Notes: generated by a model not told the origin, from the letters alone. 64,000 bases of DNA from Candidatus Aenigmatarchaeota archaeon (GCA_043824495.1 JBDRSV010000024.1:64001-128000), one strand, 5' to 3'. Positions 40,139 to 50,861 are shown, counted from the stretch's first letter. Numbers and translations are program-made.

Positions 40139-40669
40139 CTAGACACTATTCCACAATCTCTGAATTAGTTGATTCATTGTAATCTTTTTCTGGAACAGTT
40201 CTTTTACATCATTCTTTTCAATCTGCACTCTTATCTGTGCCTTATTCTCTAAATCATTCTTATAAGATTCAACTCTTGCAACTAACTCTGGTTTTATCGC
40301 TTCATTTTCAGCTTCTACTGCAAATTTTCTTACAAAAGAAGCATCCATAGCTAAAAGATCATTTGCAATTCGTTCTCTGTAAAGAGACTTAACCATTTTT
40401 GTTATTGTAGCTGCTTTTTCTACAGTAGCTGAATCAGATGCTTTCTGTACCACAAAAGCTTCTACACTCCCTGCACTAACAGGAACAGCTTCTTCTATAC
40501 CTAAAGTATCTCTGTAAATACTCTCTTTCTGTGCAGATGTTGTAGCTTGATGTTTTATTACATCAGATGATCTTATGTCTACTAGAGCAAATCTTCCAGA
40601 AGCTTGTACAAGAGACATTGATAAAACTAACAAAATTCCAATTATCATCAAAGTTAATTTATAGTTCAT
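40139..40669 (-). CDS. Secreted hypothetical protein
   Basis: Signal peptide MNYKLTLMIIGILLVLSMSLVQA. Confidence 0.65.
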   Translation of the reverse strand: MNYKLTLMIIGILLVLSMSLVQASGRFALVDIRSSDVIKHQATTSAQKESIYRDTLGIEEAVPVSAGSVEAFVVQKASDSATVEKAATITKMVKSLYRERIANDLLAMDASFVRKFAVEAENEAIKPELVARVESYKNDLENKAQIRVQIEKNDVKELFQKKITMNQLIQRLWNSV

Positions 40670-41465
40670 TGAACCACTCCGTTAATTTTATTGAGTGTGC
40701 TGGATATGTTTTATCCACCACCAATATTTTTTTCTTCTCTAAATTCTTAAGCGCCGCTGCAAGACTAGATTTTGATATTCCCGATTTCTTTTCCAGTTCA
40801 CTTCTCCTGATAACTCCTTTATTTTCTACGACTATATTTACAATCTTCTTTTCATTCACTGATAATGTTTTTATGACCGATTCCTTTTTGGATAACCCTG
40901 GTTTCATTTTGTGTATGATTAATCCAATTCCAATGATTATGATAATACCAATAGCTGCAAACACGAATATAATTGGGTCGGTAGTCTTTGGTAGTTCCTT
41001 TTCAAATGAATATGATATTTCAATTGAGTTTATTCCTGCCCACCGAAGTTCTGTTATATCTCCAGTTTGTATGTAAGCTGAAGGATTTGATGAAATTATT
41101 TTTGTGTTGTCAGGCATCAAAATAACAATGTTGTTATTTTGTAATCCTGTATCCATATTGAATTTCCAGTTACCGTCTGTTTTTGATGTGAGTAGAGATG
41201 TTGTGTACAAAACAACAGCTTCTCTAGTTTCTCCAATTGACACTTCTATATAATCATCATGCACTAGATGCAACCCGCCTCTTACTAGTACCTCATCCAC
41301 ATCTGCTGGGATTGGTAGACGATAAATACCTGATCCTGTTATTGTTATGCTTACTAATGTGTTTCCATTATCTTCTATGATTATGTAATATTCGGTTGCT
41401 TCTTGCGCATACACTGTCGGTATCAGCGCGAGCAATCCTATCATGATCAGCAATACAACTTTCAT
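40659..41465 (-). CDS. Membrane-spanning protein with extracellular domain and C-terminal winged HTH
   Basis: Signal peptide, single TM, LSVNEKKIV...RSELEKKSGISKSSLAAALKNLEKK. Confidence 0.75.
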   Translation of the reverse strand: MKVVLLIMIGLLALIPTVYAQEATEYYIIIEDNGNTLVSITITGSGIYRLPIPADVDEVLVRGGLHLVHDDYIEVSIGETREAVVLYTTSLLTSKTDGNWKFNMDTGLQNNNIVILMPDNTKIISSNPSAYIQTGDITELRWAGINSIEISYSFEKELPKTTDPIIFVFAAIGIIIIIGIGLIIHKMKPGLSKKESVIKTLSVNEKKIVNIVVENKGVIRRSELEKKSGISKSSLAAALKNLEKKKILVVDKTYPAHSIKLTEWFNEL

Positions 41466-41530
41466 ACATGAAAGTTAATTTTTGCCTACTTAAATATGAC
41501 CTGGGGGAAGGGTTCCCCAGGTATATAATT

Positions 41531-42226
41531 TTACCAGTAAAGACCTGGTCCGAATGGGCCGATTGGTACTTCTATTGGTTTATTTGGTTTAGGTTGTGGT
41601 GTGTTCCACTCTTCAGGGAACCCTGGTCCTATACCACAGTCCCCGCATACTGCTATTCGTGGGAATACTTTGTATTCACCGTATGAATAGTCTCCGTAGA
41701 TATCCATGGCTTTCCAGTGATTTCCACTGTACCAACCAAAGAAGAGCTCATCTTCATAGAAGCCAGCGAATTTGTGGTTCTCATAAATTCCCCATACTTT
41801 GACTCCATTATTATCTTCACCAACAAAATATCCATTTGCGTATGTTCCCCATATAACATTTTCTCCGTCATGTGTCCATAGAATAAATCTATGTGGTCCT
41901 GTGTAGTAGGGCATTGTTTCTCCTGTTGTATCAGAAGATCCTGTACTTGGAGCTTCCATTTTGTCTACTGTAGCTTCGTAACTTGAAGGTATAGAAGCTG
42001 TAGCTTCTGTTTTAAACTCTTCTAGCTTATCTGCTACATTCGTTTTCACGATTTCTATATGCTCTGTGTTCACGCTGTTAGCGAATCCAAATCCCCTCTT
42101 CATATCATTCAGTTTCTGAATAAGAGGTTCATAATCCTCGCTTGAAACAGCTTGTGTTGAGGCAATTCCTAGTGCCAATACTGACACGAAAACAATTGCC
42201 ATAATATATTTGGTGTCCATTTTCAC
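41531..42226 (-). CDS. Secreted hypothetical protein with Gly/aromatic-rich repeats
   Basis: Signal peptide; WGTYANGYFVG/WGIYENHKFAG/FGWYSGNHW repeats. Confidence 0.65.
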   Translation of the reverse strand: MKMDTKYIMAIVFVSVLALGIASTQAVSSEDYEPLIQKLNDMKRGFGFANSVNTEHIEIVKTNVADKLEEFKTEATASIPSSYEATVDKMEAPSTGSSDTTGETMPYYTGPHRFILWTHDGENVIWGTYANGYFVGEDNNGVKVWGIYENHKFAGFYEDELFFGWYSGNHWKAMDIYGDYSYGEYKVFPRIAVCGDCGIGPGFPEEWNTPQPKPNKPIEVPIGPFGPGLYW

Positions 42227-42295
42227 ACCCCCTTGACATCACCAAGGAATGAACAGGATATAAAGACCATACCGAACAAAAGTGAACAATCATGT

Positions 42296-42353
42296 TATAT
42301 CCCTCTAATTAGACAATATAAAACAATCAGGTGCCGAGTGCACACCTAATTGT
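42296..42353 (-). repeat. Island-end composite signal, copy 2: motif 42296-42316 (1 mismatch) plus hairpin 42323-42353
   Basis: TATATCCCTCTAATTAGACAA on +; the hairpin has a G-T pair on the minus (sense) strand. Confidence 0.9.
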
Positions 42354-42370
42354 CCTTGCCAATCCTCTTC

Positions 42371-43477
42371 TCATCTCAGCTTCAAAAACGCTATATGAGG
42401 TGCAGGCAGCCACTTGACTAACGATTCAGTCCAAGAGAAAGACCATTTCAGCTTCTTCTTCATCTCGTGAACCTTCATACATTTCACCGAGACTAGATTC
42501 CAGTTCAGGATGCCGAAAGCTGTGCCCAAGAGACCACCGACAAGCATAACGAAGCCCTGTCCTACAAGATCCATTCCGGCGGAGGAAACGAGAAATTTGT
42601 AAGCGAGAAATCCGCCCAAGACTCCGTCAACTGCACACAACACTCTCTGGAAACAGTGAACCATCTTGATGATGTTCCAGATAAACTGACCGATAAATGT
42701 GAGGACCACCGAGATGCACACCAAGACAACGAAAATGACGGTCAGTGCAGTGAGAATTGGGTACCAGACAGAAAGTAGAAGCAAACTGAAGAGAATGTAT
42801 CCCATCGCGTTGAGATACCCGAGTTTTATTTCTCGGCGGTTCTTCTCCTCAAGGAAATACCTCCTTCTTAACACACCGATGTCGTATTTTTGGTCCGTGT
42901 GTCTGCTTATTCCGAGAGCCTCCCCAATACTCTTATAGTTGTACAAAACGTCTTCCCCGCTAGCGTCTTTCTTATCGACCATCATGAAAGGATAGAAGAA
43001 CCTTCCGCGATCACGACTTCCAACAAAAGCGAGGAAAGAAAGAACGCCGGAAAAGATCACAACACAGGCACCAGAGAGCGCCAACAGAAGAATGCTGCTG
43101 AGAGCGAGTTGAAGGATGTTCAGTGTTTCAGCATCTGCGAAAAGACCGGAAAATATGTGATGTGCTGGCCACAAGCCGAGCACAAGACTCGGAAAAAGGA
43201 ACGGGTGTGGCTTCGAGCATAACCAGTCCTTGGCTTTTCCGTAGTTGTCTCTGATATAAAACGGCCAAGTTCCGATATCATCCAACATCTCTCCGAGCAT
43301 CACTTGGATCGCTTTGGCCACCTCACGGAGGTCGTAACCAAAATAACCAGCTGCTCCGCCGGCCAGGAAAGCAGCAACCCACATGTACAACTTGTCCGGC
43401 ATCAGCCACATGGCAGTTGCACAGAACACGATGCCTCCAATGAAGCATCCGATTCCGATCTTCATCCAATCTTTCAT
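42371..43477 (-). CDS. Multi-pass membrane hypothetical protein
   Basis: 368 aa, many TM helices, SD gaaggag upstream. Confidence 0.75.
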   Translation of the reverse strand: MKDWMKIGIGCFIGGIVFCATAMWLMPDKLYMWVAAFLAGGAAGYFGYDLREVAKAIQVMLGEMLDDIGTWPFYIRDNYGKAKDWLCSKPHPFLFPSLVLGLWPAHHIFSGLFADAETLNILQLALSSILLLALSGACVVIFSGVLSFLAFVGSRDRGRFFYPFMMVDKKDASGEDVLYNYKSIGEALGISRHTDQKYDIGVLRRRYFLEEKNRREIKLGYLNAMGYILFSLLLLSVWYPILTALTVIFVVLVCISVVLTFIGQFIWNIIKMVHCFQRVLCAVDGVLGGFLAYKFLVSSAGMDLVGQGFVMLVGGLLGTAFGILNWNLVSVKCMKVHEMKKKLKWSFSWTESLVKWLPAPHIAFLKLR

Positions 43478-43544
43478 GGCGAAAATCTCCTTCTCGTTGT
43501 ATTTCTTTGTTTATAGTTATCGTCCTAGAATTAATTCAAAACAA

Positions 43545-44051
43545 TCATATCTGCAAAGGTTCAAGCAGATACATCAGACTTCGGTCTCGTAATTCTGTCC
43601 TCTTATAAGGAGGGAGATCTATGAGACAAAGACTGGAAATACTCACGTGCATGGTTTGATACTTGGTTTCGTCTGCTTGGTACATTCCCGTAAAGATTAT
43701 ATTATTCAGGACAAACCCGGAAACTACTGTCCAGATCCAGAATGCCATCCATCCATCGTACAAGAAGACGCTGGCAATCGCTGAAATGATTGCACCCACT
43801 GCGAGAACACCTACCTCAAAGAGAAGCATCGTAAAGATATCTCCCACGGGGTCGTTTTTGTCCTCTTCCCACCAATCCTCCATGACGAGTTCGTGGATAA
43901 TCATGTCAATGAGATTCTGCCTGTTCTGCATTTTCTCGTGGTAGGCTATGAAACGAGTTGGTTGACGAATGTTGTGCCAGATGATCAATCCAATTGGCAC
44001 CCAGATGACTGCTGTAGTGACAAGCAGCCAGAGAACTACTCTAGTTTCCAT
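43545..44051 (-). CDS. Membrane hypothetical protein
   Basis: Start trimmed to METRVV (44051) with SD ggaggg; three hydrophobic segments. Confidence 0.65.
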   Translation of the reverse strand: METRVVLWLLVTTAVIWVPIGLIIWHNIRQPTRFIAYHEKMQNRQNLIDMIIHELVMEDWWEEDKNDPVGDIFTMLLFEVGVLAVGAIISAIASVFLYDGWMAFWIWTVVSGFVLNNIIFTGMYQADETKYQTMHVSISSLCLIDLPPYKRTELRDRSLMYLLEPLQI

Positions 44052-44276
44052 GTCCCCTCCAGGATTGATTGTTAGAAAAAATACTAGTATAATCACTCTC
44101 GTTAATTGACATTTCTGTCTTTCGTTGTCGTAGAGTATTGATTCCTAAATTACAGATGATGACTTTACCTCGAACAAGAATCTTGTGCCAGGTGCTAAAA
44201 GTTGTCAGCGATGATAAATGTGGAACATGATGCATAGAATTTAACCTAAAATTTTATAAACCTATACAAAACCTTT

Positions 44277-44296
44277 TTATACCTCTTAATTGACAA
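44277..44296 (-). repeat. Degenerate copy of the island-end motif
   Basis: TTATACCTCTTAATTGACAA versus TTATATCCCTCTAATTAGACAA; both are followed by TATA; needs two gaps to align; no adjacent hairpin. Confidence 0.45.
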
Positions 44297-44304
44297 TATA
44301 TAGT

Positions 44305-44694
44305 ATGAAGAAAAAAGCAAAGAGGACCACAAAGAAAACAGTGAAAAAACCAGTCAAGAAAATAAAAATAGAAAAGAGAGTAACACCAAAACCAAAAAAA
44401 GAAGAGAAAATTAAATGTCCTTATTGTAAGAGTTCTAGAGTGGTTTGGAGAGGATATAGATACAACGAAAAGACTGACAAGCACTTAAGATTATGTAACA
44501 ACTGTAAGAGAAAGTTCACAAAAAGAGACGAGTTCTTCCGTATGAGATTCGGTGAAGAAGAGATAAAAAGAGCTGTGGAATTATACAAGAAAGGTTATTC
44601 TTCTGCAGAAGTAGTTCAGAACCTGAAAAGAAATCATGGAATAAAGGTTTCAAGATGGACTGTGATCTGTTGGCATAAGAGATACACTAAGTAA
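44305..44694 (+). CDS. InsA-like Zn-ribbon plus HTH protein (transposase N-terminal-like, no DDE domain)
   Basis: CPYCKSSRVVWRG...RLCNNCKRKF followed by HTH (SSAEVVQNL...VSRWTVICW); Lys-rich N-terminus; start trimmed to ATG 44305. Confidence 0.7.
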   Translation: MKKKAKRTTKKTVKKPVKKIKIEKRVTPKPKKEEKIKCPYCKSSRVVWRGYRYNEKTDKHLRLCNNCKRKFTKRDEFFRMRFGEEEIKRAVELYKKGYSSAEVVQNLKRNHGIKVSRWTVICWHKRYTK

Positions 44695-44714
44695 TTATTT
44701 TTTTTATCAGTTAT

Positions 44715-44778
44715 TATATCCCTTTAAATGGACAATGCAAAGGGAGAGGTGCAGTATTCCACATCTGCACACTCTCCC
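44715..44778 (-). repeat. Island-end composite signal, copy 3: motif 44715-44735 (2 mismatches) plus hairpin 44742-44778
   Basis: TATATCCCTTTAAATGGACAA; gggagaggtgcag...ctgcacactctccc. Confidence 0.88.
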
Positions 44779-47229
44779 ACCACATCACCTTTTCAGGCTT
44801 TGCAGATTTTTACTTCAGAAGCGTCATCTTTTTGCTTTCCGTCAGGCTGGCCGTTTGCAACCGATAGAAGTACATACCGGACGCGACGGCCTTACCGTAG
44901 CGGTCGGTTCCGTCCCAGCTAACCTGATGTGTTCCTTCGGGCTGGGACCCGTTGACGAGAGTGGCAACGTTGCGGCCGAGGATATCAAAGACCTCTAGCT
45001 TTACGTCTCCTCCCTGAGTCAACTGATAGGAAATCACGGTTCCGGCGTTGAAGGGGTTCGGGTAGTTCTGGTTCAAGCTGAATGATGTAGGAACGGCTCC
45101 TGTTGTCTTGTACGCGATGTTCAGCGTACCTAATGGAATCCACCCAGCCGGAACTGTCCGGCTGTTGTTGATCTCGTCAGCTATCGTTTTGGCCAACTCG
45201 TGATCGCCGAATGGATCGTCGATCAAGTTGTCGCAGTATGTTACCGCCTGTGACACAGTCGCGCCGTCATCGCTAATCACAGCGGTTTGTGCCAGTTTGC
45301 CGCTAGCGACATTGAGTAGCAAAGCCATGAGTTGCTGTCTGGCTCGATCAATCATGTCAACGCTGCCCTTGAGGTTCAGCAACGTCTTCGCGACTTCGAG
45401 CTTGTCTTCACAAAGATCCGACACGGGTGGATCGTACACGACGACCTCGTTCACTGCGTTCGAGTTGAAGTGGCCCGCGATGAGGTCGAGATAGCTACAC
45501 AGAGTTGAAGCATCGATTTGCGCGCGGCCATTCCCACCAGTAGCGACGCCGACGTTGTGTTTCCAGAAGCCGATTGTTCGTTGTTCTCCAGCGTCTGACG
45601 GGCATCCCAATTCAAAGTCGATTTGGGCTGTGCCTTCACAATCGAGATCGACGGACTGTTCGCTCGGAAATGCCGTATACCCGAGGGGGCCAACAAATGA
45701 TACCATGTAGCTGGCCTCACCCGGGAGGTTCTCGAAATCGTAGTAACCGGCTTCATCAGTCACAGCCGATTCTACAAGTACACCGGTGGCATCGAAGACA
45801 TCAATCGTGATACCAAGAACAGAGCAGTCAGCACTCAGTGTGCCCTCAATTGCGGCGAAGCATTCTTCCTCTCCACCTCCGCATGCACACGTTCCATCTT
45901 CCACCTCAATGGCGGTGATGGTGTTGTCGTAGGCGTCCTTTGACCAGACGACGGTCAACGGCGCGAAGTTGATGACGTCGCATTCGAGATCCTCATCCCG
46001 ACCACCGATCGTCGCGAAGTCACTGAGATACACGCCCGTTGTCTTGTCAATGCGAACGATGTTGCCCAGACCATCGCGCCCGATGTAAAGGGTGTTCCCC
46101 GTCCCAACAATAACACCACTTATTCGATCCAGTGTATTGCCGGCCGCGTCGGTCGGATACAACGTTCCCAGATAGGCTCCCGAGCCCGCATCGAAGTGGT
46201 CAATGCCCGTTGATACATCATCGGAAACCCAGACACTGTTATCCGTCGCATCAAAGCCAATGCCGTCGATGAAACAGAAGCCCGGTGTTACCACAGAAAA
46301 CTGGAAAGTGGCTACGCCGGTGGTGGGATCGATGAGATACACGTTCGCCGGACATTCGTTGTCACTGCCTCCCCAGATCATGTTGCGCGTATTGTCCCAT
46401 GCAATAGCGCCGATCGAAACTGGTGTGCCATCCGGTTTGAAAATGGAAACGAAGCCGAGATCGGTGCCGAATTTGTCTATCGAGTAGAGAGTTGGGTCGA
46501 AAGAGTTGGTGTAGAAAATCACACCATCACATCCAACTGCAACACCGATACCGACACCAGACGAGCTTGGAACAGGAACTGTGACGTTCGTGATGACATC
46601 ACCGGGAGCTGCCATTGACGTAGCGGTGATAGCGGTGAAGAGGCAGAACACAACAAGCGCAGTGAAAGCTGTGAGACGCTTCATGGATTTTTATTCCTTA
46701 GGTTGTGAGGGAAATATGACCCTCCGGGTTTGTTTTTCGATTAGTTTCTGATTGTTTGTCGTTTACCACGTTTCCAAGTTAAGGTCCGCGAATCGCTATT
46801 TTCATTGGCATCCTCTCTTTGGGTTAATGTTGTCCGCACAAATTGCGGGATTAAAAGAAGGAAAGACACAAAAGATAGAGTATGTCTTATGTAGACTGAG
46901 AGTAAAATCATTCGAAGAATAAAGCTAATACTATTAAAACAAACATGCATGTTTGATGTGTTTCTTTTCATGTTTTTTGTGTTAGCCAATGTACCGTTTC
47001 TATGGTTAATTGGATTGATTGAGTTGCAATCAATACAAATTTAAATGATGTTCGAATGAGTAGCATGATTTAAATTGTATACAAAAATTGACGTTGATTC
47101 ATCGTCGTTTTTTTGTGTTTTGGTATTTTTTTTGATTCTAGCTTGTCGCTTTTGTCAAGTCTTTAACTCAAGTATATAGCTTACAGGTATTTAAATGTTT
47201 TCTAACACATTTTTTTTAATTTTCTTTCT
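44736..47229 (-). mobile_element. Foreign island 3 (T9SS-tailed protein and its upstream region)
   Basis: GC-rich gene between motif copies 3 and 4. Confidence 0.65.
44810..46684 (-). CDS. Secreted protein: beta-propeller-like N-terminus, Ig/prealbumin-like domain, C-terminal FlgD-Ig / T9SS type A sorting-like domain
   Basis: Signal peptide; C-terminus FSLNQNYPNPFNAGTVISYQL...LEVFDILGRNVATLV...WDGTD...VASGMYFYRL...KKMTLLK. Confidence 0.85.
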   Translation of the reverse strand: MKRLTAFTALVVFCLFTAITATSMAAPGDVITNVTVPVPSSSGVGIGVAVGCDGVIFYTNSFDPTLYSIDKFGTDLGFVSIFKPDGTPVSIGAIAWDNTRNMIWGGSDNECPANVYLIDPTTGVATFQFSVVTPGFCFIDGIGFDATDNSVWVSDDVSTGIDHFDAGSGAYLGTLYPTDAAGNTLDRISGVIVGTGNTLYIGRDGLGNIVRIDKTTGVYLSDFATIGGRDEDLECDVINFAPLTVVWSKDAYDNTITAIEVEDGTCACGGGEEECFAAIEGTLSADCSVLGITIDVFDATGVLVESAVTDEAGYYDFENLPGEASYMVSFVGPLGYTAFPSEQSVDLDCEGTAQIDFELGCPSDAGEQRTIGFWKHNVGVATGGNGRAQIDASTLCSYLDLIAGHFNSNAVNEVVVYDPPVSDLCEDKLEVAKTLLNLKGSVDMIDRARQQLMALLLNVASGKLAQTAVISDDGATVSQAVTYCDNLIDDPFGDHELAKTIADEINNSRTVPAGWIPLGTLNIAYKTTGAVPTSFSLNQNYPNPFNAGTVISYQLTQGGDVKLEVFDILGRNVATLVNGSQPEGTHQVSWDGTDRYGKAVASGMYFYRLQTASLTESKKMTLLK

Positions 47230-47321
47230 TTTATCCCTTTAAATAGACATATAAAAAGGCAAACGGGCGAAGATTTGGAGCCAAACTCTTCTTGATGTCT
47301 CACCTCCGCCCGTTAAATGCC
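47230..47321 (-). repeat. Island-end composite signal, copy 4: motif 47230-47250 (3 mismatches) plus hairpin 47258-47321
   Basis: TTTATCCCTTTAAATAGACAT; ggcaaacgggcg...cgcccgttaaatgcc; followed on the minus strand by TTTTTAT. Confidence 0.85.
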
Positions 47322-50300
47322 GTTGTCCGGCCTATCAATTTACCCGCCGGTTAGGTGAGCACATGTGCTCGTGTCCCAGAGGCGCATGTTTTCATGCCCT
47401 CCTTTGCCGGGTTCTTACGCGAACGTGCTGCTTGACCGAGATAATGTAGCTGCCAGATTCCCCACAACCTTGTTATTGGTGGAACCGCGACAGCGGTCGG
47501 TCCAGTCCGTATGCATCGTAGCCTCACTTGGTGAAGGACTGCGAATCAAGAGACGGGGATTCAGAAGAATCCCCGTCTCACGAGTTGACGGTTGGTACGA
47601 GATATATCAAAGGAAGTCTTTATGCCATTGGGTGCATTCCGAAACCTTTAGCCTCGTCCGTCTCCGAGGGATCCTATCAAAGGTTTCATAAAGGAAATTT
47701 CATGGACCTCGTTACGATAGGATCGGAGTGGCGTAAAGCCACGGCCAGAACCTCGAGGTCCCCCAGGATAAGATCACCGTTTGAATATGAGTCAGCGGTG
47801 AACGTAAGGGTGCTGGCGATTCTTCTTCGCATTCAAACCCTCCAGGGAACACTTCGTAATTTGTGTTGTCAGCGGCTGTTTACGAATCGGCGGTGATCGT
47901 TTCCACCACGGTACATGTCGGCGTGGTGACAAACGATGAAGAAGCGACTTCAAAACGCGCGCGGCCATTGCTCGGCGGCGGCGAATGAGCCCAGGCATTG
48001 ACGGCGGTCGCGGCGGTATTCATCCAGGAAGCGACCACTGGTGACCCGCGAAGGGTCGGTAATCGGTTCATAGAGCAAGCTCCATTTCTTCCGATAGGAA
48101 AATTCCAATCCACTTTACAAACTCTCGCCTAAACAGAAAGTATTGTCACATAACTTTCCGTCGCAAAAGAGAATGTGAAGAGGAAACAATTTCGTACACC
48201 TCGTCAAGAGATCGTCTCCATTTTCACCCTACATGGGCTAGGCGAGAGGATAGACCAGTTGCTGATAGAGATGTAGAGGGAACCGTTTTCATCCGAAGAT
48301 CTCTCCCGTCCCTCAGGGAGTAAGTTGCTCGTCCACCAGGTTCCCATACCAAGGGAGCTGGCAACTCTGCCATTCTCTCTATCCGACTCTCTGTTGTCAT
48401 CGCCACTACGGCAACAACTCTTAGCCTATCCGGCGTAGGATTATGAGAGTGTAGAGCGAATTCCTCGTTCCATGTTTGTTCTGTATCGCTGCCTGTTATG
48501 ATATCCAATCCTGAAAACGGGATTGGGTCAGCGGTATAAACAATACAGGAACCATATATGAGGTAGCAGAGTGTCATGATTCCCAGCATGACAACTCCTT
48601 ACAAGGGCACATGGTTATATGGTAAATGCTCTCTCCGTCAACAAATCGTGCCCTCTAAGACATGTTTAGGAGAGAAAGGCGACAACTCATGAAGTGTTCT
48701 TCAGGTGGACCCGTCATCACTGTTATTGCGTTGACGGCCTTCTCCTTGACCCGGACTTAGACGTGTGGCTTTCGGTGTTTTCGCGGCGCGTTTCTGCTGT
48801 TTTGGACTACGCTTCTTGTTGCTCGGAAGCCCGTCTCGGGCACCACCGTGACACGTCATGAAAGACCTCGTTTGTGAGGAGTTCAGTTCAAGCTTGTGCT
48901 GGAACTGTTTGGAACGAGGAATTGTTACTCTTTACGGCGAGCGATTGTGTGTCATCGTAACTCCTTGACAATGGTTTCCACAAGCTCCAAAATAAAAAAG
49001 AGCTGTTGTTTTCAAATTCAGTTGGGAATCTCCTAGCCCGCCCCCAGAACTGACTAGAGGAGATCCCCAACTTTTGTACAGCGCACCCCGTGCATTGTTT
49101 TCAGGGTGGAGGGGCCCGGCGGTCAACTGAGCCCCTCACTGGACGAATCGGTCACAGATAACATGTTACGCATTACCGACTCGAAATCTATGCCACGGCA
49201 GTAGATGGAAGTGGTCGCATCTACCGCCGGGCTTCACGACGTTGTGCATTTTGTCGCCTTCAGCCTTACACAACGCCGTTATTTCCCCACCCACAGGGAA
49301 TTTAATATCGCGGGGCCTCACTCAGGAGACCCCGCTTCCGTTGGGTTTACTACCGAATTGTTCGGTAGCGTTCTTCCACGACAGACATACGCACATGCGC
49401 ACGTCTTCATTTCTTTGAGGACCTACTCATCTCCGATTTGAGTAGGTCCTCGGCTCCCCACAACCCCCCGATCAGCACCGGGAATTTTTTTGAGGGGAAA
49501 TCTGAGCAGATATCTCAGACTCCCCTCCCGTCAGGTCTACCGACCAGCACTTCCGGTTGGACGCCGGAAATTCTTTATTAGAAGGGGTTTCCCCTCTCCA
49601 AGAAACCCCTTCCTCTTCGGCGTAGCGCGTCTCACGCGCTTTAGTGCATCGATCCCCACCGATCAGGTAAAACCCTTGGATGGTTCTCTCCCCGAACCCC
49701 CACTGAAATATTTTGGAACCCCTCATAGATCCCCGTAATCTCCGAGAGGTTCCGACAGCAGCACCATACAAATGGGACTACCGTGACAATCAAAAATACC
49801 GGAATCCACCGCGTCAGAAGAGGATTCCGGTATTCTACATCGCTGGTTGTGTTGAGAGCTTACCCCTTACTGGTCTTAACGAGTATGTTACGTCGGACTT
49901 CCTTTCACCAAATATACGGGTCACTACAGAATACCCGATCGATCCGCTTTGTTGTCTTAATCTCACCAGCGGATAGTGACGCGGTTACAGCCAGCGATTT
50001 CGCCTTTATACAACAGGCGTCTCCAAACCAAAATGGAAATTGGAGTTGTTGCTTCCACACTTCCGGATTTCCCCCTCCGGTAAACTCTAAGGTACTGATA
50101 GGTGACCGCTCGTGTTTCTTGTGTTCGCAATTGCCGATTGCATCAAGCTCTTCGTAGATCTAGATCTGGAAGTAATTAGCAAACGATCACAATAAACAGA
50201 CAACTGGGAGAAGTCCATTTCTACCAGTACCTGGATTTTCTAACCCTCGGGAGGTGTGTACAAGCCTAAGCAGAGTTTGTCCTGTTGAATTGGCCCCGAG

Positions 50301-50835
50301 GGTAAGTGGCCTTCCGGAAGAGAATTGGTGAGGTCCTGTAACAGAACTCTATCTCATTCCGGGGTAAAGCTCAAGGCACAGCCAGAAGGAGACGTATTAC
50401 CTTGAGAAGTTGGTCTCCCGAGTGAAGAAATTCGAGATGTCCCATCGATGAAGGACATCTCTTCTCCACTCGGGCTCATTCGTCAGCCTGGAAGGAGAAG
50501 TGCAAGAGTTTTCGCGCAATTACTCTCTCTCCTCCCGGGAAATTTATGACCTCCTGGTCCGAAACTTGTGCCGCGGTAAACCAGAAGGCGTAACTGCTAG
50601 GCTATGTGACGGCCACAGCAGTAGGGATCGAATCCAATACACGAAAGACAGCTAAGACTAACTCTGTCTCGTGTGGTTTACGAGTAAAATTCAGAAATCG
50701 ATAGTCTTCGGCCTCTTCGAGGGAAACTGCTTAAGCGCTTAATTGCAGCGCGTTATGTTTCCTGGTAAGTGACCTGTTCTCTAGGATGTACCGAAGGCTA
50801 ACTTAGTTAGTCTCGGGAAATTCGCGTGTGATTGG
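47251..50835 (-). ncRNA. Candidate very large structured non-coding RNA region (island 4); strand and number of RNAs uncertain
   Basis: About 3.6 kb with no ORF longer than about 125 aa; many perfect 10-14 bp stems including a long-range 14-bp pair (48459-48472 with 48910-48923); no known RNA family recognised. Confidence 0.5.
48224..48589 (-). CDS. Possible small membrane-anchored protein inside island 4
   Basis: SD aaggag 6 nt before ATG and a hydrophobic N-terminus, but it overlaps predicted stems. Confidence 0.3.
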   Translation of the reverse strand: MLGIMTLCYLIYGSCIVYTADPIPFSGLDIITGSDTEQTWNEEFALHSHNPTPDRLRVVAVVAMTTESRIERMAELPAPLVWEPGGRATYSLRDGRDLRMKTVPSTSLSATGLSSRLAHVG

Positions 50836-50861
50836 TAGAAATGAAACATGAAATGTCCTTA

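Larger units (their letters stand above)
42317..44235 (-). mobile_element. Foreign island 2 (two orphan membrane proteins)
   Basis: GC shift, strong SD sites, bounded by motif copy 2 and the degenerate copy at 44277. Confidence 0.65.

Noticed and set aside
47407-49905. RNase P RNA-like words on the minus strand (AGGAAAGTCC near 49895-49905; AGAACCCGGC near 47407-47416)
   Set aside because: The two segments are not complementary as P4 requires and are about 2.5 kb apart; treated as chance.
47365-50157. Short ORFs in island 4 other than 48224..48589
   Set aside because: They occur on both strands with non-ATG starts, no SD, atypical composition and overlap with strong stems.
47251-50835. Island 4 as rRNA, group I or group II intron
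   Set aside because: No universal rRNA segments, no group II domain V with catalytic triad, and no ordered group I P/Q/R/S elements found by eye on either strand; needs cmscan to be final.
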